Part shown: positions 29,240-37,919 of the stretch, piece after piece | Position numbering within the stretch: position 1 is the first letter of the stretch | Layout: each line of letters opens with the position of its first letter | Assembly: GCA_001189195.1 (NCBI GenBank) | Contig: LFCQ01000002.1 | Location: forward strand, 4,997-68,996 | DNA from: Parcubacteria bacterium C7867-007 | GTDB taxonomy: Bacteria > Patescibacteriota > Minisyncoccia > Phycocordibacterales > Phycocordibacteraceae | Direction of reading: 5' to 3' | Length of the DNA: 64,000 bases | The notes under the pieces: model-generated | What the model saw: the letters and a program-made list of their open reading frames with translations, nothing else | The model's database searches: none | Told to the model about the DNA's origin: nothing | Program-made: the position numbers and the translations under genes

Positions 29240-29268
29240 TTGACTTTTATATATATTAATAGTATGGT
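29240..29268 (+). promoter_or_regulatory. sigma70-like promoter (TTGACT, 17 bp spacer, TATGGT)
   Basis: Hexamers with an AT-rich spacer downstream of the repeat and upstream of the 29301 ORF. Confidence 0.4.
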
Positions 29269-29300
29269 AGTTTCAGGTATTGAAACGTATGGGGTAAGAA

Positions 29301-29636
29301 ATGGATTTTGCGATTTTGGACGCCCTCGATGCTCTGAAGGAGCAGGAGAAAGCACGACTACGAGAAGAGCTGCCCAAAAGGCTGGCACACTCTCACTTCG
29401 TCTGGTGGCGCCGGATGCTTCATCTGGCCACCTTCTTCAATCACGACCGCATCGACTGCCGCATCCCACTTTGGGTCCGGCTAGTGCTTGGAAACGAAGA
29501 TGCGTTTCAAGCATACACTGATGCGCTTCAAGAAAGATTCGGCTCATCGTTTCAGGTCTATCTGGGACGTCCAATTGGATACCCCGAGGCCCGATACGAT
29601 CGCGTGTGTATCGAGTTTCAAGCCGCAGCCGCCTGA
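29301..29636 (+). CDS. hypothetical protein (cassette gene)
   Basis: 111-aa ORF with its own promoter-like element and a strong terminator. Confidence 0.45.
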   Translation: MDFAILDALDALKEQEKARLREELPKRLAHSHFVWWRRMLHLATFFNHDRIDCRIPLWVRLVLGNEDAFQAYTDALQERFGSSFQVYLGRPIGYPEARYDRVCIEFQAAAA

Positions 29637-29640
29637 AGAA

Positions 29641-29686
29641 GCCCGGAGGATAATTCCCCGCTGCTCCTCCGGGCGGCTTCTTTTTA
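29641..29686 (+). terminator. Rho-independent terminator
   Basis: gcccggagga...tcctccgggc 10-bp stem followed by ttcttttt. Confidence 0.6.
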
Positions 29687-29713
29687 TAAAAGTTCGATAC
29701 CTTTTGAAAGGGG

Positions 29714-29742
29714 TGGCAGACTAGGGATCGAACCTCAAATCT
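29714..29742 (+). repeat. tRNA-3'-end-like repeat, type B (TGGCAGACTAGGGATCGAACCTCAAATCT) fused 3 bp after the tRNA-Pro 3' end
   Basis: Identical to the 14573 copy except for one inserted C; minus-strand sense is a T-arm plus acceptor fragment of a tRNA different from tRNA-Pro. Confidence 0.8.
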
Positions 29743-29745
29743 TTG

Positions 29746-29816
29746 TCGGGGTGCGGGGAATTGAACCCCGTCTAACTGGTCCCAAACCAGTCGTACTACC
29801 GGTATACGACACCCCG
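29746..29816 (-). tRNA. tRNA-Pro (anticodon GGG)
   Basis: 71 nt: acceptor CGGGGTG/CACCCCG, anticodon loop UUGGGAC, T-loop GGTTCAATTCC. Confidence 0.85.
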
Positions 29817-30095
29817 TATGAACGGAAGGATTTCCACACATCCTACGTAGATGCATCCTACCAGATTTTAAATTTTAGCCCACCCGTGCCAAGTATCGAG
29901 TATTTGCACCATCAACACTCTATTAACATCGGTTCCCTCTTTCCGGTGTCCTTACGTGAAGAATTCTTCATATTCAAGACCTTGAATAGTACAGCCTAAA
30001 CATTGATTATTTCTTAAAGTATCTATAAAGAAGCTCTCCAGACACTGTCCTTTATCCCCACTGTCCCCTACGTTGTCCACAGTTATCAACAAATC

Positions 30096-30121
30096 AAAAA
30101 GACGGCCGTAACCGTCTTTTT
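30096..30121. terminator. perfect hairpin aaaaagacggccgtaaccgtcttttt, bidirectional terminator candidate
   Basis: 8-bp GC stem flanked by an A-run and a T-run, ending 10 bp before the tRNA-Gly 3' end. Confidence 0.45.
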
Positions 30122-30131
30122 GATTATTTCT

Positions 30132-30205
30132 TGGTGCGGATAGGGAGAATCGAACTCCCGACTGAACCTTGGCAAGGTCCCGTTTTACCACTAAACCATA
30201 TCCGC
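30132..30205 (-). tRNA. tRNA-Gly (anticodon GCC) with genomically encoded CCA
   Basis: 74 nt: acceptor GCGGATA/TATCCGC, anticodon loop UUGCCAA, T-loop GGTTCGATTCT, then ACCA. Confidence 0.85.
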
Positions 30206-30260
30206 TACAGGGCCGATAATAGCATCCCTAGAGACAAGATGCCAGAATCGACCAGCCAAT

Positions 30261-31283
30261 TTACACCTCAGTCTTCTTTCGAGCGAAGCGTAGTGATGAG
30301 TAGTACGCAGCACCCACGAAGATAAGTCCTGCAGAGCCTGTAATAAGCTCTGGGACCTCTACAAAGATGCTTACGAGCATTGCCAACGCAAGTGCAAGAA
30401 TCGCCCAATGAGCACCGTGTTCAAGGTATACAAGAGCATTGAGGGTGTTACGGCGTACTAGATACACCGTGAGGGATCGAACGAAGTATGCACCGATACC
30501 AAGACCAATAACAATAAGGAGAATGTCGTTTGTGAGCGCAAAGGCACCTACAACACCGTCCAATGAGAATGCCGCGTCAAGAATGTTGAGGTATACGAAG
30601 AGTGCTGCGCTCCCTGCCCCAATAGACATTTCCGCTCCCTTGGTGAAGGAGTTCGCAATACCCTGAATAATGATGAAGAGCACGATACCCACAATACCTG
30701 CAAGGAGTACTGCTGCTGAATCCCCCGGCATAAGGAGTGCAAGGATAATGAGCACGATAAGGCTGATTCCGATCTCAATAGCTTCGATCTTCCCCCACCC
30801 CGCAACAACACGCTCAATAGAACGGATCCAGTGAGTATCCTTTCCTGCACTAAAGAAGTACTTAAGTGAAACCATGAGCAGGAAGATACCGCCGAATGCA
30901 GATATAGCATTACGAGCACCCTCAAGGAGATGTCCGTATTCATCTGGATTGAATGCTGCAAGTTGCGCGATAAACCACGGAGATGCACCGACACTGGCAC
31001 TAACAATAATGATTGGGAGGATAAAGCGTGTACCGAACACGGCCACGATAATACCCCAGGTTAGGAAGCGCTTTCGCCACTTCTCATCCATGTGTGCGAG
31101 GATTCTCGCGTTTACAACAGCGTTATCGAACGAAAGTGTCACTTCGAGGACAACGAGGAGGGTCGCAATGAAAAAAGCGTCCCAACCACCCCATATATAA
31201 ATAGCAACCAGAATACCTATTGAAAGAAGCACCGGAAATGCGAATGCGCGAATTGCAGAGTTCATTTCCCTACTATACCGCAT
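30261..31283 (-). CDS. TerC/DUF475-family integral membrane protein
   Basis: About nine TM helices with the EVTLSFDNAV motif. Confidence 0.6.
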   Translation of the reverse strand: MRYSREMNSAIRAFAFPVLLSIGILVAIYIWGGWDAFFIATLLVVLEVTLSFDNAVVNARILAHMDEKWRKRFLTWGIIVAVFGTRFILPIIIVSASVGASPWFIAQLAAFNPDEYGHLLEGARNAISAFGGIFLLMVSLKYFFSAGKDTHWIRSIERVVAGWGKIEAIEIGISLIVLIILALLMPGDSAAVLLAGIVGIVLFIIIQGIANSFTKGAEMSIGAGSAALFVYLNILDAAFSLDGVVGAFALTNDILLIVIGLGIGAYFVRSLTVYLVRRNTLNALVYLEHGAHWAILALALAMLVSIFVEVPELITGSAGLIFVGAAYYSSLRFARKKTEV

Positions 31284-31293
31284 TTCACTTTTG

Positions 31294-31365
31294 TGCTCCC
31301 GCCAGGACTCGAACCTGGAACGACTGATCCGAAGTCAGTAATGATATCCATTTCACCACAGGAGC
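31294..31365 (-). tRNA. tRNA-Arg (anticodon UCG)
   Basis: 72 nt: acceptor GCTCCTG/CGGGAGC, anticodon loop CUUCGGA, T-loop GGTTCGAGTCC. Confidence 0.8.
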
Positions 31366-31430
31366 TTTCTTGCCATTGCATACTACGCCAGAGCTAGGAG
31401 AATGGCGAGTCGCGTACTAGTATTTTTGTA

Positions 31431-32894
31431 ATGAACATGCGCGTTCCAAGTGAAGTACGCACAGTGGCAGAAGGCCTACGAGCTGGCGGATATGAAGCAT
31501 ACCTTGTAGGTGGCTGTGTTCGAGATCTACTTCTAGACCGCACCCCTAAAGATTGGGATGTAACCACCAACGCCAAACCTGAGGATATACAGCGTCTATT
31601 CCCTGAATCCTTCTATGAGAATGATTTTGGGACCGTTGGTATTAAGACTGATTCTGAAGATGAGCGTCTCGCAGTTATTGAGGTAACTCCCTATCGTACC
31701 GAGACTGGCTATTCAGATAAGCGCCGACCTGACTCTGTCGCGTTTGGGGATAACTTGGAAGAAGATCTTGCTCGACGAGACTTCACCATAAACGCCATTG
31801 CCTATGATGAGGCTAAAGGACAGATTGTAGATCCTTATAAAGGACAAAAAGACATTGAGCTTAAGGTGTTGCGGACAGTAGGTGTTGCCGCTGAGCGCTT
31901 TGAAGAGGATGCTCTTAGGTTAATGCGTGCAGTTCGTTTGGTTGCAGAGCTGGAATTTGCTCTAGATGCTGATACTGCGGCTGCAATACTAGAGAAAGGC
32001 CCTAATCTAAAACATGTTTCACGTGAAAGAATTAGGGATGAATTCGTACGCATACTCGAGTCAAAACAGCCTATGCAGGCCCTAGTTCTGGCTCAGCAGC
32101 TAGGGATCCTCGAGTATATTGCCCCAGATCTAACAAAGGGTATTGGCATAGAGCAGAATCAAGCCCATAGCTATGATGTATTCGGCCACCTTATGCGCGC
32201 CCTGCAGCACGCTGCAGACAAGGACTGGCCTCTCGAATTACGTCTTGCTGCTGTATTTCACGATGTTTCAAAGCCTGAGACCCGTCGCTGGTCTGACGAG
32301 AAGAAAGATTGGACGTTCCACGGCCACGAAGTAGTGGGTGCGCGAGTAACCCGAAAGGCACTGGAGAATATGCGCTTTTCACGTGAAACCATTGAAAGAG
32401 TAAGTAAATTGGTGCGTTGGCACATGTTCTTCTCCGATCCTGATCAGATTACCCTTTCTGCCGTTCGCCGTATGATTCGAAACGTGGGGGAGGAGAACAT
32501 ATGGGATCTACTAAATCTGCGTATTTGTGACCGTATCGGAACCGGCAGACCTAAGGAACAGCCATTTAGGTTTAGAAAATATAAGGCAATGGTTGATGAA
32601 GCACTTAGGGACCCAATCTCTGTTGGGATGCTGAAAACTGACGGTTCGAGAATTATGGAGAAGTTTCACATGAAACCAGGCCCAGAGCTTGGGTGGACGC
32701 TAAATGCCCTTTTGGAGGATGTTTTGGAGGATCCGGCTAGAAATACTCAGGAATACCTTGATATTCGCACCAAAGAGCTTATTGCCCTTTCTCCAGAAAT
32801 GCTTAAAGAGTTAGGGGATTCTGGAAAGAGGAAGCGTGAGGAGAAGGAATCTGAAGAACTCAATAAGATCCTTGAGAAGCACGGAGTATCATAG
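31431..32894 (+). CDS. cca: CCA-adding tRNA nucleotidyltransferase with HD domain
   Basis: Pol-beta-type head (GGCVRDLLL..DWD), probe domain, C-terminal HD (FHDVSKP...H). Confidence 0.8.
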   Translation: MNMRVPSEVRTVAEGLRAGGYEAYLVGGCVRDLLLDRTPKDWDVTTNAKPEDIQRLFPESFYENDFGTVGIKTDSEDERLAVIEVTPYRTETGYSDKRRPDSVAFGDNLEEDLARRDFTINAIAYDEAKGQIVDPYKGQKDIELKVLRTVGVAAERFEEDALRLMRAVRLVAELEFALDADTAAAILEKGPNLKHVSRERIRDEFVRILESKQPMQALVLAQQLGILEYIAPDLTKGIGIEQNQAHSYDVFGHLMRALQHAADKDWPLELRLAAVFHDVSKPETRRWSDEKKDWTFHGHEVVGARVTRKALENMRFSRETIERVSKLVRWHMFFSDPDQITLSAVRRMIRNVGEENIWDLLNLRICDRIGTGRPKEQPFRFRKYKAMVDEALRDPISVGMLKTDGSRIMEKFHMKPGPELGWTLNALLEDVLEDPARNTQEYLDIRTKELIALSPEMLKELGDSGKRKREEKESEELNKILEKHGVS

Positions 32895-32909
32895 TTTTCA
32901 CGTGAAACA
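32895..32909. promoter_or_regulatory. 14-bp perfect palindrome GTTTTCACGTGAAAC (copy 3 of 5)
   Basis: Directly after the cca stop codon; same palindrome at 33091 and, with one change, at 32944; further copies inside cca at 32017 and 32376. Confidence 0.4.
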
Positions 32910-32943
32910 GGGTATATAGCCTAAAACATAGGCATATCAGCTA

Positions 32944-32957
32944 GTTTCACATGAAAC
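32944..32957. promoter_or_regulatory. palindrome GTTTCACATGAAAC (copy 4, one substitution)
   Basis: Sequence family member in the long cca-xth intergenic region. Confidence 0.35.
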
Positions 32958-32976
32958 CTGGGCATATAAATAATTA

Positions 32977-32996
32977 GAGACCCGTTGGGGTCTCTA
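32977..32996 (+). terminator. hairpin agagaccc-gttg-gggtctct, terminator candidate for cca
   Basis: 8-bp perfect stem followed by a weak T-tract. Confidence 0.4.
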
Positions 32997-33090
32997 TTTC
33001 GGTCCACCAGGTCTGAAGACAAGGTTGGGGCGGGGCAATATGTTTGAACGTCTTCAAGGAGAAATTTCCCTGGTTAACTTAAAAGAATGC

Positions 33091-33105
33091 GTTTTCACGT
33101 GAAAC
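33091..33105. promoter_or_regulatory. palindrome GTTTTCACGTGAAAC (copy 5)
   Basis: Perfect 14-bp dyad in the intergenic region. Confidence 0.4.
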
Positions 33106-33352
33106 TTCTGATTCTGACTCTCTTATTATTCAGGGAATACATCCCGATTATGTTAGTCGATCAGTTTTCAGATGACAGCGCCTACAATGATTGAGCACAA
33201 AGAGCTCCAAAAGAACAACCAATTCGAGGTTCGATAGTTCCTTCACAGGTTTTTATCGCCTCGTCTTTACGTATCATACGGGTATAAAGGACATCGTAAA
33301 GGACATACAGGTGGATAACTTAAAATGTCCTTTATATAGGACATTTCCTGAT

Positions 33353-34117
33353 TTAGACAGTTATCGAAAGAGGGCAGTGGTCTGAGCCGTAAACAGTACT
33401 GTGAATCTCAGCTTTCTTCACATTCTTAATGAACTCCTTGGACACAAAAAAGTAATCAATACGCCATCCTACGTTCCGTTCACGTGCACGAGTGAGAGTA
33501 TCCCAGTATGTATATGCCTCAGCTTGCTGTGGGTGAAAGTGTCTAAAGGTATCTATATATCCTGCCTCAATAACCTCATCAAGCCACTTACGTTCAATTT
33601 CAAGAAAACCCGTTGTTTTCTCATTTTCCTTTGGCCGAGCCAGGTCAATAGGGAAGTGTGCAGTGTTTACATCCCCACAGAACACAACGGGCTTGGTTTT
33701 CCGTAACTCCTCACAGAATGCAAGAAATGCCTCGTAGTACCGTAATTTAAAGTCCAAGCGCTCTGGCCCTCGTCCTCCATTGGGGAAGTAGATGTTTAGG
33801 AGCCAGAAATCATCATATTCTGCGCCAATTAATCGGCCCTCATCATCAAATTCCTTTATTCCCATACCATATATGACGGAGAGTGGCTCAATACGTGAGT
33901 ATATTGCTACGCCGCTATAGCCCTTCTTTATCTTGCAGGGGGAAAAGAATGCCGAAAAACCCCCTAGATTTAACATGTCCTCTGGTAACTGATCTGGTTC
34001 TGCTTTGATCTCCTGGAAGCAGAATATATCTGGCTTAGTTCCTTTTAAAAAAGCTTCCCAGTAGCCGTTGCGGTGAACTGCACGCAACCCATTTACGTTC
34101 CAGGAGACAATCTTCAT
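33353..34117 (-). CDS. xth: exodeoxyribonuclease III
   Basis: MKIVSWNVNGLRA N-terminus; DxN/E, GDxN and SDH catalytic motifs. Confidence 0.9.
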   Translation of the reverse strand: MKIVSWNVNGLRAVHRNGYWEAFLKGTKPDIFCFQEIKAEPDQLPEDMLNLGGFSAFFSPCKIKKGYSGVAIYSRIEPLSVIYGMGIKEFDDEGRLIGAEYDDFWLLNIYFPNGGRGPERLDFKLRYYEAFLAFCEELRKTKPVVFCGDVNTAHFPIDLARPKENEKTTGFLEIERKWLDEVIEAGYIDTFRHFHPQQAEAYTYWDTLTRARERNVGWRIDYFFVSKEFIKNVKKAEIHSTVYGSDHCPLSITV

Positions 34118-34189
34118 TGCGAGTATTGTACGCTACCTCAACATAAAACTGCACCATCTTTTAGCAGTTATCAGCTATACTCTGTGTAC

Positions 34190-36487
34190 ATGGCCGAGCA
34201 AGAGCTACTAAACTTAATTGCCGTTCGAAGAGCAAGTGGTGTTAATGATACCGACATACGCACGGAGCTAACCTCAAGAGGTTGGGCTGCTCAAGATATA
34301 AATGGAGCACTTGCAATTCATACGATGCAAACATCAGGACATAAGTTTGCAGGTACTAGTTCATACGCAGTAGTGAGGACTGGTGTTCCTTCAAAAGGAG
34401 GTGTTTCCTTCTTTCATCTATTCGTACTCTTTATATTAATAATTTCTGCACCAGGTGCTTATGGGTTAGTTACCCAACTAATTGTTCCCGCAGCGAAAGG
34501 TCAACCGGTTGCGGTAAAGGATTCACTAAAAGGGTATGAACTTCTCCGTGATGTTCCATCTTTGATTCCTGTAGACACATCAGGCATTCTTCCGTCAGCC
34601 AAAAGAGATGTTTCTCCTACAGTTGCAGTTGCGCCAAAAACAACTTCAAGTAGCAACTCTGGTGGTTCAACAAACACACCCGCTCCTGCAAGTACTCCCA
34701 CAGAATCCATTGCTTCGACTGCCGATAAAGGGGTGCCTGTTATAAAGTTCAATTCAACTAGTAGAAATGTATATGCGGGTCGTTTTGTAACATTTGATTG
34801 GAGTGCATCAAACGCTGATTCTTGTACTGCAGAAGGATTTGGTACCGACGGAAAAACAGAAGGGTCAGCACGTGTACGTATTAATGTCGGAGGAATATAC
34901 CGAGTTACGTGTACCGGAAAGGGAGGTAGCGCTAGCAAGATAATTACCATTACATTGCGTACCGATGTGCCGCCCGTACCAGTTGAACCTGCACCGACAC
35001 CCACTCCAACGCCCACTCCAACGCCCACTCCAACGCCCACTCCAACGCCTACTCCAACACCTCAGCCAACACCCACCCCGACTCCAACCCCAACACCGAC
35101 TCCAACACCGACTCCTCCTTCACCCCCATCACCTCCACCTGTTCTTAATCCATCCCCGCCAGGCTCGTATCCTGTCTATTCAGGGTGTCCAGCGCCATCT
35201 TCTTCGTATTCTCGTGTTGTGTACGTTGATCCTGTGAATGGTCTAGACACTGGTGATGGTTCACTAGCAAGACCATACAAGAGTCTCTCGAACTCGTTCG
35301 GTGCAGGTCTCATACGACCAGGTGACCATGTTGTTGCGATGGCTGGTAATCACGGATCGCTTCAACTACTTGGTGGCTTCGGTTCAGGAACGTGGACATG
35401 GTTAGACTTCCAGCCAGGCTCTCTAATGAGCGGCACAAACATAAACAACATTCGCAATCTATTGATTACGAAAATGACCGTTAATAATCCTACAACCGGC
35501 ACAGCCGCAATGGTCTACTTCGCCGGAGGTTCTAATCTTGTTATCGCTGACAGTCTTATCTACGGGGGTACTACACGTGACTCATCAGGCTGGAGCGCAA
35601 CCACTTGGAAGAATGTCAAAAGCGGTGCACAGTTAGACGGACTCAGTTGTGTTTCGTTCCTGCGCAACACCATTACCAATGTTCGTTCAGGTCTTGGAAC
35701 CACTGGAAACAGTGTTAAAGGATTGATTCAGGATAATCGTGTTAAGAACTTTTCTGCAGATGGTATTGATCCCAACGGTTCAGATATCATCGTGTACAAC
35801 AACTCAATCATTGATGAATATGTTGACCAGTCTGAAGGTGACCCAAACCACGATGATGGTATACAAACCTTCACGTCACCAGGAAGACCGTTCAGGAACG
35901 TTGTGATTGACCACAACTGGGTTCAGGAGACCACTGATCCAAGTCGACCGCTCATTGGTGGCATGCAGGGTATTTCATCTTTCGATGGTGCGGGTATGAG
36001 TAACATTCGTATCACGAACAACGTAGTTATCACCTCAGTGTGGCATGGTATGTCATGGTATGGGATAACAAACAGCGTCATCGATCGTAATACGGTTGTG
36101 AACTACTCAGGTAATGGTCGTAACACGTGGCTAATGCTTAATACCGGCAAAGAAGGTGAGGATGCGATCAACAATACGGTTTCTAATAACGTTGCAGTTG
36201 ATATGGTGCTCATTGAAAATGACGGTAACTCATTCACAAATAATATAAAGGTTTCTAATCCATCTGCTGCATTTACTGCATTCAATCCAGCAAGTAACAC
36301 GTATGATCTTTCGCCTAAGGCGGGCGGTATACTTAGCGGAACAGGTGCAGGTGCGACCCTTACTCGCGTTAGTCAGGTGGCATATGCAGAAGCACCGGTA
36401 TATCCTGGTCAACCCCGCACTCAGTTAGCCTCTGTGTTCGCTGCATTCGAATCCTTCCTCAACTGGCTTCAAAATATCTTTAGGTAG
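34190..36487 (+). CDS. large surface protein with TM anchor, PT-repeat linker and right-handed parallel beta-helix domain
   Basis: TM helix near residue 80; (PT)n linker; repeated N/G/T/V-rich about 22-aa units characteristic of pectin-lyase-fold beta-helix; start moved to MAEQELL to avoid overlap with the divergent xth. Confidence 0.55.
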   Translation: MAEQELLNLIAVRRASGVNDTDIRTELTSRGWAAQDINGALAIHTMQTSGHKFAGTSSYAVVRTGVPSKGGVSFFHLFVLFILIISAPGAYGLVTQLIVPAAKGQPVAVKDSLKGYELLRDVPSLIPVDTSGILPSAKRDVSPTVAVAPKTTSSSNSGGSTNTPAPASTPTESIASTADKGVPVIKFNSTSRNVYAGRFVTFDWSASNADSCTAEGFGTDGKTEGSARVRINVGGIYRVTCTGKGGSASKIITITLRTDVPPVPVEPAPTPTPTPTPTPTPTPTPTPTPTPQPTPTPTPTPTPTPTPTPPSPPSPPPVLNPSPPGSYPVYSGCPAPSSSYSRVVYVDPVNGLDTGDGSLARPYKSLSNSFGAGLIRPGDHVVAMAGNHGSLQLLGGFGSGTWTWLDFQPGSLMSGTNINNIRNLLITKMTVNNPTTGTAAMVYFAGGSNLVIADSLIYGGTTRDSSGWSATTWKNVKSGAQLDGLSCVSFLRNTITNVRSGLGTTGNSVKGLIQDNRVKNFSADGIDPNGSDIIVYNNSIIDEYVDQSEGDPNHDDGIQTFTSPGRPFRNVVIDHNWVQETTDPSRPLIGGMQGISSFDGAGMSNIRITNNVVITSVWHGMSWYGITNSVIDRNTVVNYSGNGRNTWLMLNTGKEGEDAINNTVSNNVAVDMVLIENDGNSFTNNIKVSNPSAAFTAFNPASNTYDLSPKAGGILSGTGAGATLTRVSQVAYAEAPVYPGQPRTQLASVFAAFESFLNWLQNIFR
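34988..35140 (+). repeat. in-frame tandem ACnCCn repeats encoding the PTPTPT linker
   Basis: Direct 6-bp repeats of acgccc/acaccg encoding about 50 residues of alternating Pro-Thr. Confidence 0.8.
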
Positions 36488-37411
36488 TTAGTTTTGGCGA
36501 CGAGAATGAAACTTCTTGTGGACCTCACGTAAGTGCGCATCAGTAACGTGAGTGTAGATCTGAGTTGTGGTGATGGATGCATGACCAAGCATCTGCTGTA
36601 CAGAGCGAATATCAGCACCATTGTTCAGAAGATCCGTAGCGAATGAGTGACGCATCACGTGAGGCGTCACTTTCTTTGTAATGCCGGCTTTAGCGGCATA
36701 GATTTTAATCATGCGCTCAACCGATCGGGGGGTGAGACGTGTGGGCACACGTTTAGACGTCTTCTCAGGATCCTTGCTTGGCATGGGCGGAATATTCACA
36801 AAAAGTGCCTCATCCATGTCTTTTCGTGCTTTAAGATACGCTCGAACGGCTGTTTTTGCTTCATCAGAAAGGAATACCACACGAACTTTTTCTCCTTTAC
36901 CTCTAATAGGGAAGTCATCTCTACTTAGATCGAGATCAGTATTGAGGGAACAAAGCTCTGAAACACGAAGTCCTGTTGAGAAGAGAAGTTCGAGTATGGC
37001 CTTGTCTCTGAGGGACTTCTCATCGGTTCCGACTGCTGAAGCAAGTAAACGATTGAGTTCGGTCGGGGAAATAAGGTCCAAGTGGCGTTCTGGTACCTTT
37101 GCAAGCTCAATTCGCTCAGGAGAAAGGCCATCCATACCTCGTTTTCGAAGGAATTTAAGGAATGCTCGTAGAGCAATGAGGTAATAATTCTGGGTACGGC
37201 GCTTCATGGTGCCAGAAACACCCTGTTGGCGGTTTAGCCAGAGCCGAAATTCACGTACCTTTTCCTCCGTTATGTCAGAAACCTCTTTAATAGCCATTTG
37301 ATCAAAGAAACGGCTTAGGTAGTGGTCGTAGTTCTCAATAGTCTTCACTGCACGACCACGCTCAATCTCAGTGTGCTCTAAAAACTGCCGTTTCCAGTCC
37401 TCAATATTCAT
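36488..37411 (-). CDS. tyrosine site-specific recombinase, XerC/XerD family
   Basis: SAM-like N-domain; catalytic R..HxxR..Y context (HVMRHSFAT, LGHASITTTQIYTHV). Confidence 0.85.
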   Translation of the reverse strand: MNIEDWKRQFLEHTEIERGRAVKTIENYDHYLSRFFDQMAIKEVSDITEEKVREFRLWLNRQQGVSGTMKRRTQNYYLIALRAFLKFLRKRGMDGLSPERIELAKVPERHLDLISPTELNRLLASAVGTDEKSLRDKAILELLFSTGLRVSELCSLNTDLDLSRDDFPIRGKGEKVRVVFLSDEAKTAVRAYLKARKDMDEALFVNIPPMPSKDPEKTSKRVPTRLTPRSVERMIKIYAAKAGITKKVTPHVMRHSFATDLLNNGADIRSVQQMLGHASITTTQIYTHVTDAHLREVHKKFHSRRQN

Positions 37412-37514
37412 CTAGCCTATTATAGCCTACGTATATTGTGCGACCCTGTACCAAGGCCATATGCAGGCGGGGACACACTTGCGCAAATAATCAAGGTGTG
37501 GTAGGATACATCCA

Positions 37515-37781
37515 ATGCTTACGAAACGAGTAAAGACCGCAGTAATTAAGAACGCGGCCCTTCATGATACGGACAACGGCTCAGCGTCGGTTCAGGTTGC
37601 TATGCTTTCTCGCAAAATCGAGGAACTAACCGCACACCTTAAGAAGAATCAGAAGGATTTTCATAGTCGTCGCGGCCTTCTTCAGATGGTTGCAGACCGT
37701 CGCTCACATCTTCGTTATCTAGAGAAGAACAACAAGCGTCAGTACTCAACAATCATCAAGAAACTCGGTCTCAAGAAGTAG
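37515..37781 (+). CDS. rpsO: 30S ribosomal protein S15
   Basis: 88 aa with the canonical ...LKKNQKDFHSRRGLL...RRSHLRYL sequence. Confidence 0.95.
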   Translation: MLTKRVKTAVIKNAALHDTDNGSASVQVAMLSRKIEELTAHLKKNQKDFHSRRGLLQMVADRRSHLRYLEKNNKRQYSTIIKKLGLKK

Positions 37782-37815
37782 GAATCCGGCGGGGAAATCC
37801 CCGCCGCTTCCTTTT
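37782..37815 (+). terminator. Rho-independent terminator after rpsO
   Basis: ccggcgggga-aat-ccccgccg stem followed by cttcctttttc. Confidence 0.6.
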
Positions 37816-37919
37816 TCGTAGCAGTGAAGTGGTAAACTCTATCTAGTAGCAATTTGCTACCACTTTTAATAAGAATCCGTGCAGCGCGCTTGCGTTACAC
37901 ACATCACTAATACATTTAT

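Noticed and set aside
27968-29742. Reading the repeats as simple shared promoters or operators of a plus-strand regulon
   Set aside because: Cassette genes lie on both strands relative to the same-orientation repeats. Several copies sit at gene 3' ends (the pilC stop, after dnaN, after the 61276 gene's terminator). The architecture fits boundaries better than promoters, although regulator binding cannot be excluded.
34988-35140. CRISPR-like or other non-coding tandem repeat
   Set aside because: The 6-bp ACnCCn repeats are in-frame within a long ORF and encode a Pro-Thr linker. There are no spacers and no cas genes.
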